Source: a virus
Reading direction: 5' to 3' (one strand)
DNA: 64,000 nt
IMG/VR virus record: IMGVR_UViG_3300040801_000905
Span: 1-64,000 of that record
Shown in pieces: positions 17,120-26,064 of this stretch (positions are counted from its first letter, which is position 1; every line of letters starts with the position of its first letter). Made by a program: the position numbers and the translations under genes. The notes beneath the pieces are model-generated. The model ran no database searches. It was not told the origin of the DNA and was given only the letters and a program-made list of their open reading frames with translations.

Positions 17120-17260
17120 ATGGCTAAGAAGAAAGTAGCTACGAAGAAAGGATTGAAGAGCGCATTTGAAAGACGCCGCGCCATGATGGATGAAGCGTCA
17201 GGGTATGGCCCAACTAAGAAAAAGAAAGTGGCCAAGAAAAAGGTATCGAGGAAGAAGTGA
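17120..17260 (+). CDS. lysine-rich mini-protein (46 aa, below the ORF-track cutoff)
   Basis: Hand translation: MAKKKVATKKGLKSAFERRRAMMDEASGYGPTKKKKVAKKKVSRKK. RBS AAAGGAGAAAGG. GTGA overlap with the next gene. Shares the KKKVxKKKVS motif with 16607-16741. Confidence 0.5.
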   Translation: MAKKKVATKKGLKSAFERRRAMMDEASGYGPTKKKKVAKKKVSRKK

Positions 17261-17466
17261 TTAAGAGCATTAAGATCAAGATAGGCAAGACCACTATTGA
17301 GATCACGCCTGAAGAGCTGGAAGAGTTGAAGCGGGACATACTTGAGCTTAGTCCAGAGCCTGTCGTGCTTCCTCCCGTAGTGCTGCCAAGCACACCTTCT
17401 GTACCTTGGGAAAAGCCATACTACTCCCCTGACACTATTCCGGTTTTTCCTACAATCATCTGTTGA
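17257..17466 (+). CDS. hypothetical Pro-rich protein
   Basis: 69 aa with a GTG start coupled to the upstream stop. Confidence 0.5.
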   Translation: MIKSIKIKIGKTTIEITPEELEELKRDILELSPEPVVLPPVVLPSTPSVPWEKPYYSPDTIPVFPTIIC

Positions 17467-17473
17467 GGTAGAC

Positions 17474-17743
17474 ATGCCAAAAGAAAGGCCAACTATTAAG
17501 AACCTGAGTAACTGTTCGTTTTGTGGTGATCACAAGGATGACGTGCCACTGATGATCACAAATGCTGAGGGTAATGCTGCGTGTTGTAGCACCTGTGCGC
17601 TGGCGATTATTGATCAAACGTACAAGTGGGCAGGTGGCATCTATCGGAGCTTGAGGGCAGAGACAGAACGCCGCAAGGCTGCGGAGAAAAAGATTATCAC
17701 TGGGGGATCAGTAGATGACGCGATCAATAAAGTCACAAGATGA
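17474..17743 (+). CDS. ClpX-type C4 zinc-finger-like protein
   Basis: 'NCSFCGDHKDDVPLMITNAEGNAACCSTCALAIIDQ' parallels the ClpX N-terminal '[35 protein letters not shown]'. Confidence 0.55.
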   Translation: MPKERPTIKNLSNCSFCGDHKDDVPLMITNAEGNAACCSTCALAIIDQTYKWAGGIYRSLRAETERRKAAEKKIITGGSVDDAINKVTR

Positions 17744-18116
17744 TCCGTTAGCTGGGTACAGGCGTACACCTGACGAATACGAAGAGCTGGAGCAAGAGCT
17801 AAGTGCTTTTCGTTCTATTGCAGCGAATGAAGTTAATGTGACGCTGTTGCGGTCAGTCATTCTGAAAGACGAATTGCAGCAGGAGTTGAAAGATGCTTCG
17901 TCACCGCTTTGTCATTTGGTTACACACGCGGTATCTGTTTATGAAGCGGCCCAGCAAGACTGGGTGGCTGAGGATAGAACGGACACTGATAAGGCTGTTG
18001 CTGCTCATGCCAACGCTCGTGCAGCTCGTTTGGTAATTGACTGGGTGACAGAGCAAATTGAAATAGGTAAACAAGCACAGCAAGAGCTGGAGGTAGAGGC
18101 CACAGATGAGCAATGA
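17715..18116 (+). CDS. hypothetical protein
   Basis: 133 aa, helical and acidic. Confidence 0.55.
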   Translation: MTRSIKSQDDPLAGYRRTPDEYEELEQELSAFRSIAANEVNVTLLRSVILKDELQQELKDASSPLCHLVTHAVSVYEAAQQDWVAEDRTDTDKAVAAHANARAARLVIDWVTEQIEIGKQAQQELEVEATDEQ

Positions 18117-19335
18117 AAAGATGAGCGCCAAGGAGCGCACGACTGAAGAGGCAGCTGAAATTCTGGAAACAGAGTTGCGGCCAGAAAACGAGACACCTGT
18201 ACCTACGGGCGATGAAGAGCAGCCTGTTGCTGCACCAGACCCGATGGAAGCACGCAAGCAGCTGTATGAGAAAGCACGCAAGCGAAGGAAGGAAACGGTG
18301 TCACGTGAGGCAGAAGAACACGTAGATGTTGAGTTGTTGCAGGCTATGCAAGAAGAAGCATCTGGTGGTGATAAGCCTGAGTCTGAAGTAGACACCAATC
18401 GTAAGGACAGATCAGACGAAGAGCGGGCCATTGCTGAAGCAATGGGTGAAGAAGAGCAATCGGAAGAAGAAAATACGAACTTAACTTCCGATAGTGCAGA
18501 ACCTTCCTTGACGAAAGCCAGTCCTGAAGATAAAGTTGCAGTTAAGATTCTGGGCAAAGAATACCTAGTCCCACAGCAGGACATTGATGATGCTGGCGGG
18601 ATTGAGTTGTACCAGAAGTCTCGTGCGGTAAATCTGAAGCTGCAACGCATAGCCACCTTAGAAAAGGCGCTCCCTGCGGAACCAGATAATGAGGCAGCGC
18701 ACGGGGAACAGCAAGAGACAGACCCATCCACGGACGGTCTTGGCGAAGCTGACATTGCTTCCTTGAGAGAGGAAGTTGTTGACGCGATGGTTGAGGGTGA
18801 AGATATGTCGGCCCTTGACGAAGTGCTAAAGAAAGCACTGACCAAGACTACGCCGACCATTAAGAATCCAAGACCAGCGCAACCGAACGAGATCAGTGTA
18901 ACTGAGCGTCAGATTATTGAAGACGCGAAGCGAGAGCTTTTAGAGCAGATGGAAGCTGATCGTGTAGCTACTAATGACATGATGCGCCAAGAGTATTCGG
19001 ACATCATGGGCGACCAAGAGTTGTTGCAGTTAGCCCAGCAGAGATTTGCAGTGCTGGGGTCAGACCCAAGCAACGAAGGACGCACACAGAAGGAGCTGGC
19101 ACGAGAAAGTGCAGAGTTTGTGCGGTCACTGGGCAAGCGGTTGTTGGTTGAGAAACCAGCTACCAGCCAAGTAGAGCAGGAACGACAGCAGCGCATCCAA
19201 CGCAAGAAGCGGCTACCGCGGGCATCAAGAGCAGACGCACCAGCAGCACCTGTATCTCAGGAACGTAAACCGATGTCGAACAGGGAATATCTGGCGCGGC
19301 TGCGAAAGATGCAAGGTCATGATCTAGCAGAGTAG
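18106..19335 (+). CDS. scaffolding protein (putative)
   Basis: 409 aa. Very acidic and helical (E/K/Q-rich). Lies directly upstream of the major capsid gene. Confidence 0.65.
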   Translation: MSNEKMSAKERTTEEAAEILETELRPENETPVPTGDEEQPVAAPDPMEARKQLYEKARKRRKETVSREAEEHVDVELLQAMQEEASGGDKPESEVDTNRKDRSDEERAIAEAMGEEEQSEEENTNLTSDSAEPSLTKASPEDKVAVKILGKEYLVPQQDIDDAGGIELYQKSRAVNLKLQRIATLEKALPAEPDNEAAHGEQQETDPSTDGLGEADIASLREEVVDAMVEGEDMSALDEVLKKALTKTTPTIKNPRPAQPNEISVTERQIIEDAKRELLEQMEADRVATNDMMRQEYSDIMGDQELLQLAQQRFAVLGSDPSNEGRTQKELARESAEFVRSLGKRLLVEKPATSQVEQERQQRIQRKKRLPRASRADAPAAPVSQERKPMSNREYLARLRKMQGHDLAE

Positions 19336-19371
19336 CAAGCCAGCCCCAGTTTGACGAAACTGGAGAAAGAA

Positions 19372-20352
19372 ATGGCTGGACAAGTATGGTCAGTGGACGT
19401 TCTCGGTGGCTTCATGTACTCCGATGAACTGTCCGACAAACTTCGTGTTGAGCTGCTCCCTGCCGTGAAGTTCCGTCAGCTGTGTGATGCACGGGACGCA
19501 ATGGATAAGGGTCTCAACAAGGGCGACCAGTACAACTGGAACGTCTATTCTCGTGTGGCAGACGGTGGCGATGTGCTGGATGAACAGCAGGCAATGCCGG
19601 AAACCAACTTCACTGTGACGCAGCAAAGCCTGAGCATTACGGAATATGGCAACAGTGTTCCGTATACTGGCAAGCTGGATGACCTGAGTCGCCATCCGGT
19701 GGAAGAAGTCATCAAGAAGGTTTTGAAGGTTGACGCCAAAGAAACCATGGATGGCGCTGCTCATGCACAATTTAACCTGACGGGACTTACCGTCACCCCC
19801 ACGGACGCATCTGCGGTTACGTTGGAAGAGGGAGGCTGCACGCTGACCAACAACAACGCAATGACCAAAGAGCACGTCAAGAACATCGTTGACATCATGA
19901 AAGAGCGGAACATTCCGACTTACATGGGTGATGACTACTACTGCATCGCATGGCCAACGACATTCCGCACGTTCAAGAATGATCTGGAAGGAATCAGCAT
20001 TTATGTTGAAACGGGCTTCCGGCACGTCATGAACGGTGAAATTGGACGCTACGAGTCGATGCGCTTTATTGAGCAGACGCATGTAGCCAAGGGTGGCGCA
20101 GTTGATTCAACCACGTGGAACTTCCGTACCCCCGATCTGTGGGACAACGCAGCATCGGACTGGGCGTTCTTCATGGGTGAAGACACTGTAGCTGAGGCTG
20201 TGGCAATTCCTGAAGAAATTCGCGGCAAGATTCCGACTGACTTTGGTCGGAGTCGTGGTATTGCTTGGTACTACTTGGGCGGTTTCGGTATTGTCCATGG
20301 TGGCACCGACTACGCCAATCAGCGGATTATCAAGTGGGAGTCCGCGGCTTAA
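19372..20352 (+). CDS. major capsid protein (HK97-fold type, putative)
   Basis: 326 aa from the ATG at 19372 (GGAGAAAG RBS). The position after the scaffold, high-expression codon/GC pattern and a strong downstream hairpin support the call. Confidence 0.75.
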   Translation: MAGQVWSVDVLGGFMYSDELSDKLRVELLPAVKFRQLCDARDAMDKGLNKGDQYNWNVYSRVADGGDVLDEQQAMPETNFTVTQQSLSITEYGNSVPYTGKLDDLSRHPVEEVIKKVLKVDAKETMDGAAHAQFNLTGLTVTPTDASAVTLEEGGCTLTNNNAMTKEHVKNIVDIMKERNIPTYMGDDYYCIAWPTTFRTFKNDLEGISIYVETGFRHVMNGEIGRYESMRFIEQTHVAKGGAVDSTTWNFRTPDLWDNAASDWAFFMGEDTVAEAVAIPEEIRGKIPTDFGRSRGIAWYYLGGFGIVHGGTDYANQRIIKWESAA

Positions 20353-20365
20353 CGATCCGGTCTGT

Positions 20366-20428
20366 GGCGACTGGCCTTGAGAGATGTAGTGCTTATGGCC
20401 TTTCCGCTACAGGATCGGGCCAGTCGCC
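20366..20428 (+). terminator. strong hairpin after the capsid gene (attenuator/terminator or processing site)
   Basis: GGCGACTGGCC (20366-76) pairs with GGCCAGTCGCC (20418-28), followed by GCTTTA. An alternative pairing, CGATCC (20353-58) with GGATCG (20412-17), crosses this stem. Confidence 0.5.
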
Positions 20429-20450
20429 GCTTTAACGAGAGGAAACAGAA

Positions 20451-20852
20451 ATGAGATCATATGATCAACCTGACCTGATGTCGTATAACCTTGGCAGCGT
20501 GGACTTCACGTCTGGCGGGCCGTTCACCATTCCGGTGCCGCCCGACTGCTCAGGTATGCGCGTAGTAGGTTACGCAATTGATACCGCAACTGTCGCGTTT
20601 ACCGCTGACACCACCGCAGCTGCTTTGCAGTTTGGTGATGGAACCGATGCTGACAAGTTTGGTCAGCTGGATGCAGCTGTAATTGGTGCTGGTGATTCAC
20701 TGCATGTAGTTAACGATGCTGGTGGAACGTCCGCAGACTATGCCAGCGCAGCTGGTGGGCGTCTGGACCAAGTGACCGTCACTGTTGTGGCCCCGACTGG
20801 TGGTACTCCCGGTGGTACTGGGAATCTCACCGTCTTCATGGCTTGGTACTAA
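20451..20852 (+). CDS. hypothetical virion protein (possible capsid decoration)
   Basis: 133 aa, Gly/Ala/Thr/Val-rich and beta-type. Lies directly after the capsid gene. Confidence 0.5.
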   Translation: MRSYDQPDLMSYNLGSVDFTSGGPFTIPVPPDCSGMRVVGYAIDTATVAFTADTTAAALQFGDGTDADKFGQLDAAVIGAGDSLHVVNDAGGTSADYASAAGGRLDQVTVTVVAPTGGTPGGTGNLTVFMAWY

Positions 20853-20864
20853 GGAGGTGCCCTG

Positions 20865-21058
20865 TGAAAGTAAATCGTAACAAGGCAATGAAAAAGTCTG
20901 GTTTGAAGGGTTCCTTCCCCAAGATGGGTGGTGGTTCTGTTCAGACTGGTTTGTCTGGACGCATGTCTATCAGCTCTGATACGGCTATGACGGATCGAGT
21001 TGGTGGTGCTCAGATGCCTGCTGCGGCAACCACGGTTCCGTTTAAAGGCAAAAAGTAA
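20865..21058 (+). CDS. hypothetical small protein
   Basis: The GTG at 20865 is 6 nt after AAGGAGGT. 64 aa, basic and Gly/Ser-rich. Confidence 0.45.
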
Positions 21059-21086
21059 GATTAGCTTGCGGGAAGCGGGCTAAACA

Positions 21087-21133
21087 AGATGGGTTAGTCT
21101 TGGTTCCCCCTCTGGGACTAGCCCATCTTTCTT
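21087..21133 (+). terminator. rho-independent terminator candidate
   Basis: AGATGGGTTAGTC (21087-99) pairs with GACTAGCCCATCT (21116-28): 13 bp with one G-U. Followed by TTTCTT. Confidence 0.55.
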
Positions 21134-21158
21134 ACAATGCCAAGCAGAGGAATTACCA

Positions 21159-21464
21159 ATGGATGATGCACTTCGACAGAACTATCTAAATCAGATTGAG
21201 CGGGTACAGGAGCAGCTTAATCGCTTGCGGGATATGGTCACTGGTAGTGACCCAGAGAAAGAACGTATCTCAATGTTGGTAGTAGGATTCCCTGATCTAT
21301 ACCTTAAAAATCCAGAGCAGTATGAGCGGCTCAAAGGGTATGCTGATCCAGAGAAACCACCCTTCACCCCAAGTGAAATCATGCGCGTTATGTATGGTAT
21401 GGGCGATACGCGTTTGACGTATGCCCAGCGTGAAGAGTGGCGCAAGATGCACGGAGACAACTGA
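21159..21464 (+). CDS. hypothetical protein
   Basis: 101 aa. Confidence 0.55.
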   Translation: MDDALRQNYLNQIERVQEQLNRLRDMVTGSDPEKERISMLVVGFPDLYLKNPEQYERLKGYADPEKPPFTPSEIMRVMYGMGDTRLTYAQREEWRKMHGDN

Positions 21465-21694
21465 TGGCAAAAGACAACCGGATTCGTAAGATGGGATCAG
21501 ATTATTTCATTGCAGAAGGATGTGATGATTATGATGATGAAGCTCAACGCAGTCACACGTCACCAGAAAGCCCTACTAACTTGAGGTATGCGCGTAGTCA
21601 CGCAGAGCTGGCAGGAAGAAAAGACCCAGCGTTGTCTGAGGGTGTTTCGTTTACTGAAAAGCTTGAAACGAGAGACTATTACAACTGGGACTGA
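21464..21694 (+). CDS. hypothetical protein
   Basis: TGATG overlap start at 21464. 76 aa. Confidence 0.5.
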   Translation: MAKDNRIRKMGSDYFIAEGCDDYDDEAQRSHTSPESPTNLRYARSHAELAGRKDPALSEGVSFTEKLETRDYYNWD

Positions 21695-21710
21695 CAAAGG
21701 AGAAAGGCCA

Positions 21711-22046
21711 ATGAAAGAGTTAGACAGAAACAGAAAGTACGGCGTGGTTTATGGCCATGCCGTCTATCATTTCATGCAGGATGGTGTGTATTTTGATGCA
21801 CAAGGAAAAGTAGTTGGTGGCAAAGAAAAAGCGTCAACAGCTAAAGCATCAGAAGACCCTCCGCAAGTAGTTGAGAATACCGCAGACAACTCTCCGCGCA
21901 TTGCAAAGCTAAACAAAATGGCTATCCCAAAGCTTAAGAGGCTAGTAAAGACAGTATCTGAGCAATTGGGTATTGATGCGCCCGAAGGTGGAAAAGGTGC
22001 AAAAGCAAGGTATGTGAGGTTCCTTGTGGATAACACCACAGATTAA
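21711..22046 (+). CDS. hypothetical protein with C-terminal Rho-N/HeH-like motif
   Basis: RBS AAAGGAGAAAGGCCA-ATG. 'LNKMAIPKLKRLVKTVSEQLGI' resembles SAP/HeH (Rho_N-like) helices. Confidence 0.5.
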   Translation: MKELDRNRKYGVVYGHAVYHFMQDGVYFDAQGKVVGGKEKASTAKASEDPPQVVENTADNSPRIAKLNKMAIPKLKRLVKTVSEQLGIDAPEGGKGAKARYVRFLVDNTTD

Positions 22047-22057
22047 AGGAGTCGCCA

Positions 22058-22798
22058 ATGGCACAGGATACCTACTTAGAGCTGGTGTCCGACATGATCA
22101 GAGAGACGGGGCTGAACGGTGGCAATGCCCCGTCTTCTATTGAGGGTGCGGAAGGTGATGCAGCAAAAGTCTGTTACTGGATTCAACAAGCAGACCTGTC
22201 GATTCAGCGTGAGAGGATTGACTGGCAGTTTCTTTGGGCGCGGCATGATGCAGTATTAACCGCTGATAGCAATGTTGTTCCCTCCCCTGTCGATACTAAT
22301 AGCAATAACACGGACACAAACCAGCATACGGTGCTAATCAATGCCATGCCGAAAGACAGGCTGGCTATTGTTGACACTAATGGGGAAGCATATTTCCCTG
22401 TATTCCTTGATTGGAATGAGTTCACGCCATTGTATGGCTTTGAAGTGCAAGACCCATCTAATTACCCATCATACTGGACCATTCGCCCAGACCGCACGAT
22501 CATGTTATCAGAGCCTGTTGAAAGTTCAGACATGATTTGCCGTTATGAATATTGGCGTAAGCCCCTCAAGTTACGTGAAGGAACAGACGTTAGTCGAATA
22601 CCAGATGATTACTCACGTCTAATCGTGGTCAGAGCAAAGATCATGTACGCAGAGCATGAGGATGCACCAGAAGTGGACGTTGGAGCTACAGCAGAATACG
22701 AGATTCTATTCAATCAAATGCTGGCCACACAAGCTCCGATGGCTGAATGGCATCGTCTTGAAAACGCAGACAGGTTGTTGCAAGTAGAGACGGCATAA
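22058..22798 (+). CDS. tail tubular protein A / adaptor (T7 gp11-like)
   Basis: The N-terminal 'YLELVSDMIRETGLNGGNAPSSIEGAEGDAAKVCYWIQQADLSIQRERIDWQFLW' parallels T7 gp11 '[49 protein letters not shown]'. Followed by a 715-aa gene. Confidence 0.65.
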   Translation: MAQDTYLELVSDMIRETGLNGGNAPSSIEGAEGDAAKVCYWIQQADLSIQRERIDWQFLWARHDAVLTADSNVVPSPVDTNSNNTDTNQHTVLINAMPKDRLAIVDTNGEAYFPVFLDWNEFTPLYGFEVQDPSNYPSYWTIRPDRTIMLSEPVESSDMICRYEYWRKPLKLREGTDVSRIPDDYSRLIVVRAKIMYAEHEDAPEVDVGATAEYEILFNQMLATQAPMAEWHRLENADRLLQVETA

Positions 22799-24945
22799 TG
22801 TTTCGCTTAGCAAGAGCAAGAGCAGCGTCAAACAGGGCAAAAGGCAGGCGTACTGCTGTTTTGACAAGAGACAAAATAGACCTGAAGGGTGGTCTCAATT
22901 TTATTGATGCAGCTGATGGCATACCTCCCGGCATGTTGTTGGCTTGCCGCAATTATGAGCCGCATTATCAAACAGGCGCATATCGGCGTGTAGCTGGATT
23001 TGAAGCATTTGATGGACAGCCAAGACCACACTTGGCTGAGTATTGGCGTGTAAATCTTTCAGCTATTTCAAATGGTCCATTTCAGCATGGGGAAACTGTT
23101 ACAGACGGAACTGAAACAGCCATTGTTGTTTATTACGAGGCAAATGCTGAAGCTGCTGATGGAACAGGCTACATCATTGTCAGTGAGCTAACGAACGATG
23201 TAGATGCAGGTGCAACATGGACAGGGCAAACGTCAGGAGCTACAGCAACCAGCACGTCAGATACAGAGTTTGAAGGGCAAGATGATGAAGATGAGCATGA
23301 TCAGGCGCAGCTAGCTGCTGAAGACTATCGGCGGGCAAACATCACAAAAGTAGGTGAAGGAACGTGTGAGGGGGCGGTCAGAGGGATAAACATTTACAAG
23401 AACGCCATATACGCGTTCAGAAATGAAATCGGTGGCGCAAAAGGGACGATGTGGAAGTCCACGCCAACAGGATGGGAGCAAATAGACCTTGGTTACAAGG
23501 TTAGATTCATAGAAGCATCTCATCAGCCAAACGAAGGGGAAACATTAACAGGAGCAATAAGTGGTGCGAGTTGCCAAATCAGGCGCTCTGTTTTGTCACA
23601 AGGATTCTGGACAGGAGACGGAGAGGGCTATTTTATTGCGACAAGCATTACAGGGACTTTCGTAACAGGTGAAGACCTTGAGGTTGGTGGAGAAGTAATA
23701 GCAAAAGCCAACACAGTATTGGCTCAACAAGCACAAGAACTCCCGCCCAATGGGAAGTACAGGTTCAGAAATTACAATTTCGGGGGCCACACATCAACGT
23801 ATCGTATGTACGGTGTTAACGGTGTTGGCAATTCGTTTGAGTATGACGGAACGGTTTTCACGCTTATTGAAACAGGCATGGCGTTTGATCAGCCCACCCA
23901 CATAGGTGTGCACAGAGGTCAGTTGTTATTGGGCTATGTGGGTGGGTCTTTACAACATTCTGGCAAGAATAACCCTCTGAGTTTTCAGCCAGTGCTGGGG
24001 GCGAATGAGATACTGGCTGGCGATGAGATTACTGGCTTCATCGAAGAAGTTGGTGATGTTTCATTTGTATTCACACGCAACAAAACATTTCGGCTTGAAG
24101 GGTTTGTCCAAGAGAACGTGCAGTTGAAGCTGCACAACTCTGAGACAGGGGCCATTCCCGACACGATTCAAAGAATTGGAAAGTCTGTTTATCTTGATGA
24201 CAGGGGCTTTACACAGCTACCTACAACAGATGCGTTTGGAGATTTTGCATCCAGTCAGGTATCTCTGCTCATTGATCCTTTGATTCAAGGTTTTCTTAAA
24301 AAGTCTTCAATAGAAGGATCAATCGTTAACCGCGGCCTGAGTGTTTACCGATGTTTTTTCAGTGATGTTGGGGCAATCAGTATTGGATTTTCTGGCAACA
24401 AGGTTAATGGCATTACGATGGTGGATTATGGGTTAAGTATTACCGATACCGCCAACGGTGAAATGCAGAATGAATACGGAAATACAGTAGAAAGAAGTTT
24501 TGTCTGCGACAGTGATGGATGGGTATATGAAATTGATGTTGGGAGAAACTTCAACGGAAACTCACTGGAAGCGTATTTCGTAACGGCATATCATTTTTCT
24601 GGCTCACCTGAAACAAACAAACGTTACCGCAGAGCAACGATATACCTCACGGGAAGTGGGCGTACAACGCTGCAAGTGTCTGCTGATTACAATTACAACG
24701 AAGATTCACAGAATTTCGAGCGAATATTAGATGAAGCCATTCCATTGGGAGGTGGTCGATACGGAATCGACAGGCACGGAGAGTTTTTGTATTCACGCGC
24801 CAGTCAGGGAGACATACGGGTTACGATGGATTCGCACGCACGAAATGTTTCTTTAATCGTGTATCACAACCAAATAAACGAAGAGCCACACGTGTGTTAT
24901 GCAATTCAGTATCACATTAGTGGTAGAAGGCTGGTTAGGGAATAA
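22798..24945 (+). CDS. tail tubular protein B / nozzle (gp12-like, putative)
   Basis: 715 aa. TAATG-coupled to the gp11-like gene. Size and synteny fit. 'DLKGGLNFIDAADGIPPG' N-terminal motif. Confidence 0.55.
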   Translation: MFRLARARAASNRAKGRRTAVLTRDKIDLKGGLNFIDAADGIPPGMLLACRNYEPHYQTGAYRRVAGFEAFDGQPRPHLAEYWRVNLSAISNGPFQHGETVTDGTETAIVVYYEANAEAADGTGYIIVSELTNDVDAGATWTGQTSGATATSTSDTEFEGQDDEDEHDQAQLAAEDYRRANITKVGEGTCEGAVRGINIYKNAIYAFRNEIGGAKGTMWKSTPTGWEQIDLGYKVRFIEASHQPNEGETLTGAISGASCQIRRSVLSQGFWTGDGEGYFIATSITGTFVTGEDLEVGGEVIAKANTVLAQQAQELPPNGKYRFRNYNFGGHTSTYRMYGVNGVGNSFEYDGTVFTLIETGMAFDQPTHIGVHRGQLLLGYVGGSLQHSGKNNPLSFQPVLGANEILAGDEITGFIEEVGDVSFVFTRNKTFRLEGFVQENVQLKLHNSETGAIPDTIQRIGKSVYLDDRGFTQLPTTDAFGDFASSQVSLLIDPLIQGFLKKSSIEGSIVNRGLSVYRCFFSDVGAISIGFSGNKVNGITMVDYGLSITDTANGEMQNEYGNTVERSFVCDSDGWVYEIDVGRNFNGNSLEAYFVTAYHFSGSPETNKRYRRATIYLTGSGRTTLQVSADYNYNEDSQNFERILDEAIPLGGGRYGIDRHGEFLYSRASQGDIRVTMDSHARNVSLIVYHNQINEEPHVCYAIQYHISGRRLVRE

Positions 24946-25490
24946 TGGCAGGATTAGAACCATATACTTCTACATATAACGATGTAGATGGCAGCACAAT
25001 AGATGCCAGTGACTTGGTAAACGAATTTTACCGTGTGGCGTACTACCTGAACTTGTGGGGCGGTGCAATTGGAGCTATTGGCAAAGATACGAGTTACGAG
25101 ACGTACATTGAAAAAGTGGAAGGGGAGCTGGCAGAAATACTGCCAGCACGTGGGCTTATACAGCGGCTTGATGTTGCTGCTGGTGTCAACGAATTTGAAG
25201 TAGCAATACGAGAACACACTGATGGTGCTCCATTCAGGGTGTACACCACGATACGGTGTCTTAACAAAGATACGCGGTTTATGGTGCGTGCTCCATCTGG
25301 CCAGTCACACGTGTTTGGCGTTAACAGGACCACATACATGCCGTCACAAGTGATCGCAGATGGCGCATATACCGCGGCGATTATATGTACCTATGGCGCT
25401 GAAGAAGGCGTAATGGTTCAAGTGTTTGCTGCGAACCCTGAAGAGGGCAGTGTTGATAAAAACGACATACTTCAGTTGGTGGCTCAATAA
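24945..25490 (+). CDS. tail-associated protein
   Basis: 181 aa. Its N-terminus shares the '...(N/D)EF..I(E)..F' motif with the next two genes. Confidence 0.5.
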   Translation: MAGLEPYTSTYNDVDGSTIDASDLVNEFYRVAYYLNLWGGAIGAIGKDTSYETYIEKVEGELAEILPARGLIQRLDVAAGVNEFEVAIREHTDGAPFRVYTTIRCLNKDTRFMVRAPSGQSHVFGVNRTTYMPSQVIADGAYTAAIICTYGAEEGVMVQVFAANPEEGSVDKNDILQLVAQ

Positions 25491-26062
25491 TGGCTGATTG
25501 CGTATACGTTCCGCAGATTACGGCTGAATTTGGCAAGACCGTGACTGACGATGAAATCAACCGCGAGTTTCAAGAGATCGAGCGGGTGTTTGATTGCTTT
25601 GCAAAAAGCATTGGGTCTAATACTGAGACAGAAGAAAACATCACTGACAACGGCATAGTAGACAATTCCTACACCATTGATCCAGCGTTTGGAACGATTC
25701 AATACCTTGAGATTCAGGGTGACACAGAGCTGGACATTGAGACGCCTGAATTAGATGACCCGAAACTAATTACGCTGGTTATTGCTAATGCAGGCAGTGT
25801 TGAAACAGGCACTTACGGTAAGTTCAATTTTAAAAGCGGAACGGTGTGGACACATGACCGTGACGGGGCCATGGATGGAAAGCCATGGAATATGTACGCA
25901 AATCTGGACGGCAGCACCAATGGGACGCAATACACGGGCTTTTATGGTGGCATTGTGCAGTGTATTCATGACGGAGCTGGCTGGATTTACCTTGTCTTTG
26001 CGCGGCATCATCTGGACATCTTCAGTGCTCCGAATCCAGATGACATCTACGATTGGAGATAA
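25490..26062 (+). CDS. tail-associated protein
   Basis: 190 aa. The N-terminal 'DDEINREFQEIERVFDCF' is similar to the fibre N-termini. Confidence 0.5.
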   Translation: MADCVYVPQITAEFGKTVTDDEINREFQEIERVFDCFAKSIGSNTETEENITDNGIVDNSYTIDPAFGTIQYLEIQGDTELDIETPELDDPKLITLVIANAGSVETGTYGKFNFKSGTVWTHDRDGAMDGKPWNMYANLDGSTNGTQYTGFYGGIVQCIHDGAGWIYLVFARHHLDIFSAPNPDDIYDWR

Positions 26063-26064
26063 TC

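Noticed and set aside
17901-18860. 319-aa antisense ORF opposite the scaffold gene. Similar long antisense ORFs lie at 19390-20082, 36186-36821, 50378-50965, 33100-33630, 2643-3176 and 10656-11108.
   Set aside because: These are low-complexity Ser/Cys/Ala-rich shadow frames of strongly biased sense genes. They have no RBS and would interrupt a tightly coupled operon.
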